A stretch of DNA of 64,000 bases, taken from NCBI GenBank assembly GCA_964010765.1, contig CAXGMD010000006.1, positions 1,481 to 65,480 of the forward strand, in the 5' to 3' direction. The position numbers and the translations under genes were made by a program. Source of the DNA: an uncultured bacterium (GTDB taxonomy: Bacteria > SAR324 > NAC60-12). Each line of letters starts with the position of its first letter. Within the stretch, counting starts at the first letter, position 1. Below, piece after piece: positions 40,382-49,220 of the stretch. The notes under the pieces are model-generated. The model saw nothing but the letters and a program-made list of their open reading frames with translations. It ran no database searches and was not told where the DNA came from.

Positions 40382-40434
40382 AGAGTCACTACTAAAAACA
40401 GAAATTTTCTCATTTAATCACTGAGGAAAATAGC

Positions 40435-41295
40435 ATGAAAAAGTTTTTCATTGCTCTAGTTAGCATAGTCGTAATTTTATTCGTTGCTGTTGGAGGTGCA
40501 CATTTTTATGGATTACAGAATTTGAGTGCATATCAACTCGATCGATTTACAACAGTAAAAGCTAGTGAATATTCGGTTGCCCTTGAGAGAGGGAAGCATT
40601 TAGCAACCATTAGTGGGTGCAACGGTTGTCATGGGGCAAATTTTCAAGGGAAAGATTTTATAAACGGGGCACCTATTGGATATGTCCCGGCTCCTAATCT
40701 CACCCCTGCTGGACCTGTCGCAAATTATACAGATGAAGATTGGGTGAAGGCTATTCGGCATGGCATAGCGAAAGATGGTAGGGTAATGGTGATTATGCCC
40801 TCAAACCATTATTCGGCCTATGGTGATGATGATCTCGCTGCACTCATTTCTTACATGAAAACATTACCACCCGCTGAAAATAAATTTGGCTCACGAGAAA
40901 TTCAATTTCCTGGATCAATTATTTTTGGAATTCTTGCTTATGATTCATGGCCCGCAAATCAAATTCCTCATGATGAAGTTGGTGGAAAAATAGCACCGAT
41001 TATTGATGAGTCCCTTGAATATGGTCAATATTTGACAAGAATTACAGGGTGTTACGAATGTCATGGAGGGAACTTGGCAGGAAAAGATCCAGACTCCGAA
41101 GGTTCACCTGGTCCGAACATCACTAGAAAAGGCAATCCTGGCAATTGGAATTTCGGGGAATTCAAGAAAGCTATGCAAACTGGTCAAACACCAGAAGGTA
41201 AGACATTAAATCCAGAAAAAATGCCTTGGCCTCATTATGCAGTGATGTCTGATATAGAATTGCGATCGCTGTGGTTGAGTTTAAATTCAATCTAA
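40435..41295 (+). CDS. Membrane-anchored diheme c-type cytochrome
   Basis: N-terminal TM helix. Two heme motifs CNGCHGANFQGKD and CYECHGGNLAGKD, each followed by a candidate Met ligand region. Confidence 0.7.
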   Translation: MKKFFIALVSIVVILFVAVGGAHFYGLQNLSAYQLDRFTTVKASEYSVALERGKHLATISGCNGCHGANFQGKDFINGAPIGYVPAPNLTPAGPVANYTDEDWVKAIRHGIAKDGRVMVIMPSNHYSAYGDDDLAALISYMKTLPPAENKFGSREIQFPGSIIFGILAYDSWPANQIPHDEVGGKIAPIIDESLEYGQYLTRITGCYECHGGNLAGKDPDSEGSPGPNITRKGNPGNWNFGEFKKAMQTGQTPEGKTLNPEKMPWPHYAVMSDIELRSLWLSLNSI

Positions 41296-41540
41296 ATTTA
41301 ACTAACTAACCGGTGACTCAATGTCTTAGCTGGTAAATTAGTTGTGCAATCCTTCAATCTAAGCTTGCAATCTCAATCATGGAGGCCTTCTACCAGATCA
41401 CTAACTCCACACATTATTGATAATTTTTCTTGCTTTTTGGCTACCTTCCAGTCGATTTTTTGTGAGTCAAACTCAAGCTTTCAGTTACGACTGTTTGTGT
41501 CTAAGCTAATTTTTCAAATTTAATTTTCTAAGGCATCACA

Positions 41541-41948
41541 ATGAAAAAGTTTCTAGCCGTTCTTGCCGCTGCAATCATCAATACTCCTGTGTTATTTGCA
41601 GGAGCGCATGTCAATATCCCAATTGATCATCTTGTGGACGGAATGCCTGTTATTTTTATGGTCACCGGGCAAAAGATCACCCCACAGCAACACTCTGAAT
41701 TCAAGACAGCTGTTGACGAATGGTATGCATCAGACTGCTTCATGTCTCAGCAGCACTCAGTTGATATCGTAGTCGATGCTGATGGATCCGTTACCCACGT
41801 TGTACGATGGGCCACTAAGGAAGCATTTCTACGTGATCAAGGAATTCAGTGTGAAGCATTTGAGTCTATGTTTGGCAAGATTGCTCAGATTGGTGGTGCT
41901 GATCTGAAAATGTCTGCAACCACATCGATTGCACCTTCACCGAGATAA
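41541..41948 (+). CDS. Hypothetical secreted protein
   Basis: Signal peptide MKKFLAVLAAAIINTPVLFAGA. 135 aa. Confidence 0.4.
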   Translation: MKKFLAVLAAAIINTPVLFAGAHVNIPIDHLVDGMPVIFMVTGQKITPQQHSEFKTAVDEWYASDCFMSQQHSVDIVVDADGSVTHVVRWATKEAFLRDQGIQCEAFESMFGKIAQIGGADLKMSATTSIAPSPR

Positions 41949-42049
41949 TTTTATTCAGAATCCTATCTGCTTTTTGTTAGCCATAGACCGACAGCTCAAA
42001 TTGGTCAAATGACACTCGCCCTAAAAGTTTTAAATTCAAGGACTCACAA

Positions 42050-42316
42050 ATGCTCAATACAATGGTGATCATAAAAATGGGTAATTGCACTTTTGATGAT
42101 TGGAAAAAGGCTTTTGATGCTGACTCCGAAACCGATGCTCAATTCATGAAGGATATCATTGTCGGCAAAGTGGATGAACATACTGCAATTGTCAGTGCGG
42201 ATGTGTTTGCTCCAGAAAAAATGGAAGCAATGATGTCCGATCCAGAATTTCAAAAAATTGAGGCTGAAATGGGTTTGAAGCACACTGTCTATCAGGTAAC
42301 CCCAGCCTCAGCTTAA
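42050..42316 (+). CDS. Small protein, paralog B of the 87-aa family
   Basis: MLNTMVIIKMGNCTFDDWKKAFDAD...MEAMMSDPEF...VYQVTPASA. See 40118. Confidence 0.5.
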   Translation: MLNTMVIIKMGNCTFDDWKKAFDADSETDAQFMKDIIVGKVDEHTAIVSADVFAPEKMEAMMSDPEFQKIEAEMGLKHTVYQVTPASA

Positions 42317-42396
42317 GAAGTGTCTTCCCAAGCGTGCCATGTCAGGACACTAAATTTACCTTGAGTATGTTTTCACACCCCTACATTGGAGACCTC

Positions 42397-42837
42397 ATGA
42401 AAGCTTACAAACTTGTAACTACACTAGTATTTTCACTTGTGATATCTGCTTTTGCTTTTGCTTCTGAACCGATACCTGACACAGGTTGGGGGGCAGTTCT
42501 AAAAGTTCCAGTAGCAGAAGTTGAACGAGTGGAGCAAGGCTTGATCGAGTGGTCAAATTGGATAAGGGATACTCATCCTATGGGTAAAGAAGAAAATGGT
42601 TTAGAAAGCCTGACCATTACGAAGAGTTATGCATCTGAAAATCACGTTTTCTACGTTATTGTGGAGCGTTACCGAGATAATGCTGGATTAAAAAATCATC
42701 AGCAACTTTTCCAGAGAGACGTAAGAGGTGCTTATGCAAATATGTTCGCCAAACTCTCTTTCTTCCGGCAGTACAGAATAGCGGGCTCGGAACAGAATCA
42801 GACTCTGTACAGTCTGATTCCATCTGTAGGAAAATAA
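42397..42837 (+). CDS. Secreted ABM-like protein (hypothetical)
   Basis: Start chosen at MKAYKLVTTLVFSLVISAFAFA (signal peptide). VFYVIVERYRDNAGLKNHQQLF resembles the ABM monooxygenase fold. Confidence 0.35.
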   Translation: MKAYKLVTTLVFSLVISAFAFASEPIPDTGWGAVLKVPVAEVERVEQGLIEWSNWIRDTHPMGKEENGLESLTITKSYASENHVFYVIVERYRDNAGLKNHQQLFQRDVRGAYANMFAKLSFFRQYRIAGSEQNQTLYSLIPSVGK

Positions 42838-42925
42838 ACAGTTTCAGTTAGAACTTCTCCCAAGCTAATGACAACTGTTGGTGTTATTTGAAGCCTATCC
42901 GGCCAAATAACAGCCCTAATATATC

Positions 42926-42978
42926 GGTTTGTTGGTGGATCAAATTTGATCGAGAATGATTCAGCTACAATAATTGTT
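42926..42978. repeat. Repeat copy B (pairs with copy A at 37145)
   Basis: See copy A. 40/48 identical positions in the ungapped core alignment. Confidence 0.6.
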
Positions 42979-43078
42979 AACGGGAATGTTTGAACGTAAT
43001 ACCTAGTAATTGTTGCAGATCTATTGATTGGCGGTGGAGGATACTTCGGAATTGTGGATATCCTGAACTTTTTTTAAT

Positions 43079-43107
43079 TGGTGGAGGTGGTAACACTTGA
43101 ACTTTGT
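43079..43107. repeat. Degenerate copy of the tmRNA 3' end (att-site relic): tggtggaggtggtaacacttgaactttgt vs tmRNA end tggtggaggtggcgagagtcgaactcgcg
   Basis: 12/12 identical core then 9/17, 21/29 total. Same orientation as the ssrA 3' end at 46127, about 3 kb away. Confidence 0.55.
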
Positions 43108-43201
43108 AGTATGCTCGGAATTACAAGGTTTTTTGAAGACTCGTGTCGCTGTTGAAAATCATTCTCGACTTCACAGTCTAGGGATAAAGGAGAATTTGCT
43201 C

Positions 43202-44095
43202 TCAGATATCTAGCGTGCCTTCTGCTACTTGGATGCAATTCCCACCAATCCAAGTGGTGGTTACCACACCATTTTGCTTGCTTGCCCGGGCTCTCAGTTC
43301 ACTTGGTCTACCCATTTCAACTCCCTGGGCAATCCTCCAACCATAATCTCTGTCCACCCCGTCATCCAGGTGAGCGAGTAATCCAGCTAAGGCGCAATTG
43401 GCACTTCCGGTTGCAGGATCTTCGGTCACCCCATCCAACGGAGCGAACATCCGAGTTCGCAGATCAAATTCATCCTCAGAGCGCACATAGAGATGCGTCA
43501 TCGCTACACCCTGCGCCTGGAGTACTGGAAAAGCGTCTAGATTTGGCCTCGCTTTCTCTAGTGCCTCTCGATCCTTCAATTCGACCATCAAGAAAGGCAG
43601 ACCCACAGAGGCAAGCTGTGGTCTGTGTCTATCCGCACGAATCGCTGAGCTTGGAAGATTCAGCGCTTGGCTGACCGATTCCAAGCTGATCTCCGCTCCA
43701 AGCGAGAGGGGCGTGGGAGCCTGTAGTTCAAAGAAGGGATGACCGTCATTCGGATTCGTTATGGTGACTGGGACCAAACCAGCCTTTTCCTCAAAGACAA
43801 CCTGCAGCGGAGGCTGGGCATCCCCAAGATATCCGTTGTGATAGAGCGTGAAGGCAGTGCCCAGATTGGGGTGACCTGCAAACGGTACTTCCGAGGTAGG
43901 CGTGAAGATCCTCACTTGTTTGGTCTGGCCTTGTTCAGGAGGAAGGACAAAAGTCGTTTCGGAGAAATTGAATTCACGGGCGATCTGCTGCATTTGTTCA
44001 TCGTTCAGACCACTGGCTTCCGGAACGACTGCGAGCTGATTCCCTTGAAAAGCTTGTTTGGTGAAGACGTCACAGATAAAGAATTGATAGGTCAT
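43202..44095 (-). CDS. PhzF-family isomerase (phenazine biosynthesis-like protein)
   Basis: [12 protein letters not shown]...GNQLAVV N-terminal PhzF signature. ORF extends to 44134; start chosen at MTYQFF. Confidence 0.7.
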   Translation of the reverse strand: MTYQFFICDVFTKQAFQGNQLAVVPEASGLNDEQMQQIAREFNFSETTFVLPPEQGQTKQVRIFTPTSEVPFAGHPNLGTAFTLYHNGYLGDAQPPLQVVFEEKAGLVPVTITNPNDGHPFFELQAPTPLSLGAEISLESVSQALNLPSSAIRADRHRPQLASVGLPFLMVELKDREALEKARPNLDAFPVLQAQGVAMTHLYVRSEDEFDLRTRMFAPLDGVTEDPATGSANCALAGLLAHLDDGVDRDYGWRIAQGVEMGRPSELRARASKQNGVVTTTWIGGNCIQVAEGTLDI

Positions 44096-44275
44096 CAAAG
44101 GAACAGGTCTTTCAGTAACAGGAAGCTTTGGCACCCGTCAGCTGCCAGCAGGATTCAACGTATTTTGAGTGAGCGCAATGAGAGCTTTACATCGATAGAT
44201 CTCAAGTAGCAGAGACGACTCAGTTGGACCAAACGGCGCAATTACACCATCTCCCATTTGTCTCTGCTTCTCTCC

Positions 44276-45175
44276 TTACACAGGAATGGCGGTGCCAGCG
44301 GCATTTCTGGCAACATAATTTTGTGGAACTCCCGGAAATATTTCTTTAAATAGGCTCAACATGTTCATCGTAGAACGTCGATCCGAGCTTAAATGCAAAT
44401 GCCCAGGAGACCCTAGCGTGGGGGGCAGCGCAAATCCGTGAGGGGTCCCTGAGTGATCATGAAAATTCCAATCAACTCCAGCCTCATTCATTTCAGCATA
44501 GAATCTTTCCTTGCTTTCATTTGTCACTAGATAATCAGCTGCACCGTTCTCAATCAAAACGACGGCTTTTGTGTTGTAATGGTTTTCACATAATTTCAGC
44601 GGTGGTATTGCGGCACCATATTTTGCTGCATTCGGATCCTCTCCGGTTTGCAACAGACCATGGAAAGAAACCACTCCCCCAACATCCAAGCCACCTCGGA
44701 TACACTCCAGCACCGCCATTCCCCCAAAACAGTAGCCGATCGCAGCTGGGGCAAACGCTTTGTCAACAAAAGGACTCTCCAAGCCTTTTTCCAACCAAAT
44801 CTTCAGCAAAGCTCTGAATTTTTCATGATCGTGATCCAGGGAAACGAGACCCTCAAAACACCGCTTCCTGAAAGCGGGCATAAGCTGCTCATCTTCTGGA
44901 CATAATCTTTGATCAGGTGGCACGAGATCCCCATAAAGATCTGCCGCTAGTCCAACATACCCCAATTTTGCCAGGTACTCCGCAACATCCAGTTCGAAGA
45001 ACTTGAGTCCTTGAAAGTTGTGAAAAATCAACACGAGTGGGCGTGGACCTTGTTCCGCACTCGGCGCCACAAGATATCCTTTGTAGTTGTTGTCTCTGAA
45101 AGAAAAATTGATTTCTGATCTTCGGAGATCCGAACCACTGGGGGAATTTTCTTTTGATTGATTCATGGCTACCAA
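44276..45175 (-). CDS. Dienelactone-hydrolase-family alpha/beta hydrolase
   Basis: IGYCFGGMAVLE nucleophile elbow (Cys nucleophile, as in DLH) ... SFHG ... HGF. Confidence 0.65.
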   Translation of the reverse strand: MVAMNQSKENSPSGSDLRRSEINFSFRDNNYKGYLVAPSAEQGPRPLVLIFHNFQGLKFFELDVAEYLAKLGYVGLAADLYGDLVPPDQRLCPEDEQLMPAFRKRCFEGLVSLDHDHEKFRALLKIWLEKGLESPFVDKAFAPAAIGYCFGGMAVLECIRGGLDVGGVVSFHGLLQTGEDPNAAKYGAAIPPLKLCENHYNTKAVVLIENGAADYLVTNESKERFYAEMNEAGVDWNFHDHSGTPHGFALPPTLGSPGHLHLSSDRRSTMNMLSLFKEIFPGVPQNYVARNAAGTAIPV

Positions 45176-45203
45176 CCGGAAATTGTTGTTGATTGATGAT
45201 GGT

Positions 45204-45824
45204 TCAAACCAAGATTTTCTTGGCTGTTACGACATACAAAGGATCAAAGTTGCTGTTTTCACGGACAAGCTGCTCAGACTGAATTTCACGAAACCCTCCC
45301 GCCTTCTCAAAGTACCAGGAAACGAGTCGACAGTGATCCTCGCCGCTAAACATTCTCCAAGCCAGGATTGCTTTGGTTGGGAACATCCTGTTTGAAAAAC
45401 TCACACAACAGGTCCCATTCGGCTTCAAGACTCTGTAAATCTCTCTAAAGACCGGTACCGGAGAGGTTAAGTATTGAACTGATACGGCAATCGTACAAAG
45501 GTCAAATTCTTCATCACCATATGGCAACTGCTGCTCCGTGTTTAGGTTCTGAATATGGAAATCAGTGAGCTGCGTATTGTTTTGCAGTTCAATTTGATTC
45601 ATTCCATGACCCGAAACCCTAGAGTAGTGCTTGTGATCAGGCAGGTGCGAAACCCAGCTCGACATCAAATCGAGCACGGCATCGCCATCTTTCAGTAACT
45701 GATCATAGTAGTTTCTCAGAACTTGACAGGCATTTTCGTCAATGTGTTTAACTAGCCGTGGGCTCGCATAAAAAAGACGGTCATCATTGGAGTCTTCCTT
45801 GGTAAACAACTGTTCTGGAATCAT
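45204..45824 (-). CDS. Class I SAM-dependent methyltransferase
   Basis: VLDLMSSWVSHLPD (motif I-like) and a Methyltransf_11-type layout. 206 aa. Confidence 0.65.
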   Translation of the reverse strand: MIPEQLFTKEDSNDDRLFYASPRLVKHIDENACQVLRNYYDQLLKDGDAVLDLMSSWVSHLPDHKHYSRVSGHGMNQIELQNNTQLTDFHIQNLNTEQQLPYGDEEFDLCTIAVSVQYLTSPVPVFREIYRVLKPNGTCCVSFSNRMFPTKAILAWRMFSGEDHCRLVSWYFEKAGGFREIQSEQLVRENSNFDPLYVVTAKKILV

Positions 45825-46126
45825 CTGTTATCCTGAAGAAAAGGTCAGCTCGTCCAGGTGGCAAATCGTGATGAAGCAGGTAGGACAGAAGACTGATTCG
45901 ATGCAGCGCAGATGTCAACTGGTTGATGAGCGGGATTTGCTGAATATCCAATCTGACGATCCAGAGACGGATTCATTTAGAAGACGGATGTTGTGGGTGT
46001 CACGATAGGTGCCACTCAGCCAGTTTGTATGGACGGACTAAAGTGAATTTGACTGGAGGAAAAACCGAGGAATCGTTGGTTGTTTCAGGGAAGAAGAGGA
46101 AGAAGTTGTGATTAAATTCGAAAAAA

Positions 46127-46496
46127 TGGTGGAGGTGGCGAGAGTCGAACTCGCGTCCTGATATGCTTTCCCACGAAGCGCTACAAGCTTAGTCGAAACT
46201 TGTCGTTTTCACAGTCGGTGTCGGCAATCGACCGCCTCACGACTGTACACTTCCAGTTGATCTCATCTGACCGTCAGAAGCCCAGTCAGACCAGCCCAAG
46301 TAAAGGGTTACACCTCAACGGAGGCCCTCGGGCCTACCTCCGCGAGACGCCTACTCAGGCAGCGATTGCTGCGTGAGCCGGAGCGTAGTCGCTGTTGTTT
46401 GCAGCTATAATTTTGATGACCGTATTTACGTGGACGTTCATCACCCACGGCTTGCTCTCAGTGAGTTCCACACCCAGTCGAATACCGGGACACCCC
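46127..46496 (-). ncRNA. ssrA: tmRNA (SsrA), one-piece. Predicted tag ANNSDYAPAHAAIAA (resume codon GCA, stop UGA at 46355-57)
   Basis: Reverse complement begins GGGGGUGUCCCGGUAUUCGACUGGG. It contains GACUAAGCUUGUAG and ends GGACGCGAGUUCGACUCUCGCCACCUCCACCA. These match the E. coli tmRNA landmarks GGGGCUGAUUCUGGAUUCGACGGG, GACUAAGCAUGUAG and the T-arm plus CCA. Acceptor stem has a G3:U wobble. Confidence 0.8.
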
Positions 46497-46685
46497 CACA
46501 ACAGACCTTTTAGACTAGCAGCTTTGTGGATTTGTGCCACTGAAATCATTCAGCTTGTGCGGAAGGGAACCGTCCTTGTTCCTTGGTCAGCACTGGAGTG
46601 AACCTCGGCTCGAGTGGTGTTGTGCAGGTCACTTTGGGGCCTTGGTGTTCCCAACAGAGCACCACGACTTGTGTAGCAATCGGGG

Positions 46686-47543
46686 CTAGGAGGCCACCTC
46701 CTGCAGCGCCTGCACAACGTACTGGGGCAGGGCGAAAGCTCCCTGGTGAATCGCCGGATTATAGTAGCGAGTCTGCAGTTTTGCAGCTTGGAAGCGCTCT
46801 GCCAACGTGCTCAGGGGTACTTGACGATAGGTCGGGTTGTCGCTGCCCCAGGCAAAGGTCATGATGCCCCCGACATAGGTCGGTACTGCTGCGCCATAAA
46901 AAGTGGCATCGGCAAAGATGGGCCGTAGGCGCTGGTAAGTGTCACGCACCTCTTGGAGCTGCATGTAGCAGACGCCGTTCTGGGTTGCCAGGATTCCTCC
47001 CGGCTTGAGGCAGCGCTGGCAGTTGGCATAGAAACCCTTGGTGAACAAGGCTTCTCCTGGACCCACGGGATCGGTCGAATCGGAGATGATCACGTCAAAA
47101 CGAAGTGAGGTCTCCTGGACAAACTGCAGGCCATCGGCAATCACGATCTCTACCCGTGGATCCTGAAAGGCCCCCTGAGAATGCTGTGGCAGGAAACGCT
47201 CCGACATCTCGATCACGGCCTGGTCGATCTCCACCTGCACGACTCGCTTGACGTTCGGATGCCGCACCACTTCTCGTAACATGCCACCATCTCCCCCACC
47301 GATGATCAGCACCTCCGTGGCTTGACCGTGTGCCAATAGTGGCACGTGGGCCATCATCTCGTGATAGATGAACTCGTCAGCCTCGGTTGTCTGGACCACA
47401 CCATCCAGGGCCAGCACTCGACCGAAGCAGGGATTCTGAAAGATGATCAGGTGCTGGTGCTCTGTGCGTTGTTCAAAGAGCACCTCGGTGATCTCCAAGT
47501 GTTGGCTGTAGCCCTTGTAGAGCTTCTCGCTAAATATCTCCAT
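46686..47543 (-). CDS. speE: Spermidine synthase (polyamine aminopropyltransferase)
   Basis: LIIGGGDGGMLREV..VEIDQAVIE (SpeE GGGDGG motif). Start chosen at MEIFSEKLYKGY (47543). The longer upstream ORF is likely spurious. Confidence 0.8.
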   Translation of the reverse strand: MEIFSEKLYKGYSQHLEITEVLFEQRTEHQHLIIFQNPCFGRVLALDGVVQTTEADEFIYHEMMAHVPLLAHGQATEVLIIGGGDGGMLREVVRHPNVKRVVQVEIDQAVIEMSERFLPQHSQGAFQDPRVEIVIADGLQFVQETSLRFDVIISDSTDPVGPGEALFTKGFYANCQRCLKPGGILATQNGVCYMQLQEVRDTYQRLRPIFADATFYGAAVPTYVGGIMTFAWGSDNPTYRQVPLSTLAERFQAAKLQTRYYNPAIHQGAFALPQYVVQALQEVAS

Positions 47544-47985
47544 AACTCCCTGTACGTCCTCGCAACAACTCCTGCACCTGGAACTGTCCGGGGTGAAAAT
47601 GAGTTCGTAGGACCTCGACCGCCAGCTCTGGTTTGGCATCACCGCACATGAAGATGTCGAAAGCCGCAAATTGCCGCTCTGGCCAGGTATGCACGCTGAT
47701 GTGTGATTCAGCCAGCACAGCCACTCCGGAAATGCCACCGTTGGGCGTGAAGTGGTGCAGGTGAATGTGGAGTAGGGTGGCCTTGGCGGCCTCAACTGCC
47801 TCTCGCATCGCACGTTCCATCAGCTCCAGGTCGTCCAGCTGATCTACACCCCAGATATCGACAATCAGGTGAGCACCTGCACAGGAGACACCGTCACGGA
47901 CAATAAAGTGATCTTGTGCGTCCTGCTCGTCATCCAGGTTATGGTAGGCAGGCCAATTGTTGAGGGTAGAAAGATTTTGTTCCAT
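47530..47985 (-). CDS. speH: S-adenosylmethionine decarboxylase proenzyme (class 1, SpeH type), canonical copy
   Basis: VAVLAESHISVHTWPE: E|S self-processing site and signature. Start chosen at MEQNLS (47985). Confidence 0.7.
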   Translation of the reverse strand: MEQNLSTLNNWPAYHNLDDEQDAQDHFIVRDGVSCAGAHLIVDIWGVDQLDDLELMERAMREAVEAAKATLLHIHLHHFTPNGGISGVAVLAESHISVHTWPERQFAAFDIFMCGDAKPELAVEVLRTHFHPGQFQVQELLRGRTGSYGDI

Positions 47986-48013
47986 CAGAAACTCCTTGAT
48001 GAGTGTGAACCGT

Positions 48014-48436
48014 TCAGGCAACTGCTTCGAGCAGACCGGGCATCGGGAAAAGCATGGGTCGGCTGAGAGGGATCTCATCCAGTCCGTGCTCGCGGTCGAT
48101 AAATTTCGACTCCAGCTTGGCGAGACCAAAGTCTCTCTGGAGACGATCAAAAATCAGTTGAGGGTCAAACTCAGCGCAGGAATAAACATCCATCTGCATC
48201 AGGGCAGGGGAGACTTCATCCCAAACGTGAACAGCAATGTGTGAGGTTTCGATGATGGTGACACTCGTCAGGCCCTGGTTGCCGGGCATGTCCGAGTAGA
48301 CTGAGAAGGGCCCCATCAGCACTTTCATGCGGATGTCTTGAACCAGTTGGCGCATCCAGTCGTCCATTGCGCTTGGGTTGCAGGGGGGATAGTGAATTTC
48401 AGCACGGACGATCAAGTGCTTGTGTTCCAGTAGCAT
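48014..48436 (-). CDS. AdoMetDC-family paralog, divergent (ETSH in place of ESH at the processing site)
   Basis: SVTIIETSHIAVHVWDE...VYSCAEFDP. Same fold signature as the neighbour, but the cleavage-site context is altered. Confidence 0.65.
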   Translation of the reverse strand: MLLEHKHLIVRAEIHYPPCNPSAMDDWMRQLVQDIRMKVLMGPFSVYSDMPGNQGLTSVTIIETSHIAVHVWDEVSPALMQMDVYSCAEFDPQLIFDRLQRDFGLAKLESKFIDREHGLDEIPLSRPMLFPMPGLLEAVA

Positions 48437-48490
48437 GGAAACTCCTTTCAGTCAGGGGGTTCGGAATATTTTCTCCGCATTCCGCTACGG

Positions 48491-48775
48491 CTAGGCAGCG
48501 GGCGGTGGTATTTCAGAGGCGTGCAGGCCGGCGGGCAGTTTCTTCTCACTACGGAGCCACTCCGGGGCGCTGCGCTCGGCAACTGCTGCACGCATCAGCA
48601 AACGCTGAACGAGCTGGTGCCGATTCATGTCAAAATCACGACAAAGCTTCTTGAGGAGTTGCTTGCTCTCCTTCGATAGTTTGATTTCCACTCTCTCTAA
48701 TCCCTTCTTACGTAGCTTGAGCCGGTAGGTGCGTTGCCTTTCCGCATTGCTCTGGCACTGTTTTTCGGGATCCAT
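48491..48775 (-). CDS. Hypothetical small protein, possibly a ribbon-helix-helix DNA-binding protein
   Basis: KGLERVEIKLSKESKQLLKKLCRDF: beta-strand followed by helices, basic N-terminus. Lies immediately upstream of the spe operon. Confidence 0.3.
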   Translation of the reverse strand: MDPEKQCQSNAERQRTYRLKLRKKGLERVEIKLSKESKQLLKKLCRDFDMNRHQLVQRLLMRAAVAERSAPEWLRSEKKLPAGLHASEIPPPAA

Positions 48776-49025
48776 AACTGCTCCAGCATGGGTGAATCAT
48801 CAGATTGGAGAACCAACTACTCCCAACCTGACGTTATCAGTAACGTTTTTAGGCGCGATGATAACGATTTGAGCAAAAGCTCACCAGAATTCAATATTCT
48901 GTTTGAGAATGCAAGATTTTCGTGAAGAATATTTCTGGACTAGGAATTTTATTCAATTTGGTCAAACTGGAAGAAGCGGTACATGTTTTACCGCTGGACA
49001 CAAACAACCCATCCTCAGAGGAATA

Positions 49026-49211
49026 ATGGAAGAATTGCGCATTCAGATGTCAGCCAAAGGGCCTTATACAATCAAGGGCTACAAGGTGGTCGTGGTGGAT
49101 TCCGAAGGAAACGAAATTGAAAAAGAAGGCACAGTGGCTCTCTGTCGCTGTGGACTCTCCAACAAGAAGCCGTTCTGTGATGGTGCCCACCGCAACTGTG
49201 AGACCCTCTGA
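49026..49211 (+). CDS. CDGSH-type iron-sulfur domain protein
   Basis: ...KGPYTIKGYKVVVVDSEGNEIEKEGTVALCRCGLSNKKPFCDGAH. AGAGGA RBS before ATG 49026. The longer ORF from 48903 is less likely. Confidence 0.6.
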   Translation: MEELRIQMSAKGPYTIKGYKVVVVDSEGNEIEKEGTVALCRCGLSNKKPFCDGAHRNCETL

Positions 49212-49220
49212 GCTGAATCA

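Noticed and set aside
46355-46549. 64-aa minus ORF 'MISVAQIHKAAS...AAIAA'
   Set aside because: It lies entirely inside the tmRNA gene. Only its last 15 codons are meaningful, as the tmRNA tag reading frame.
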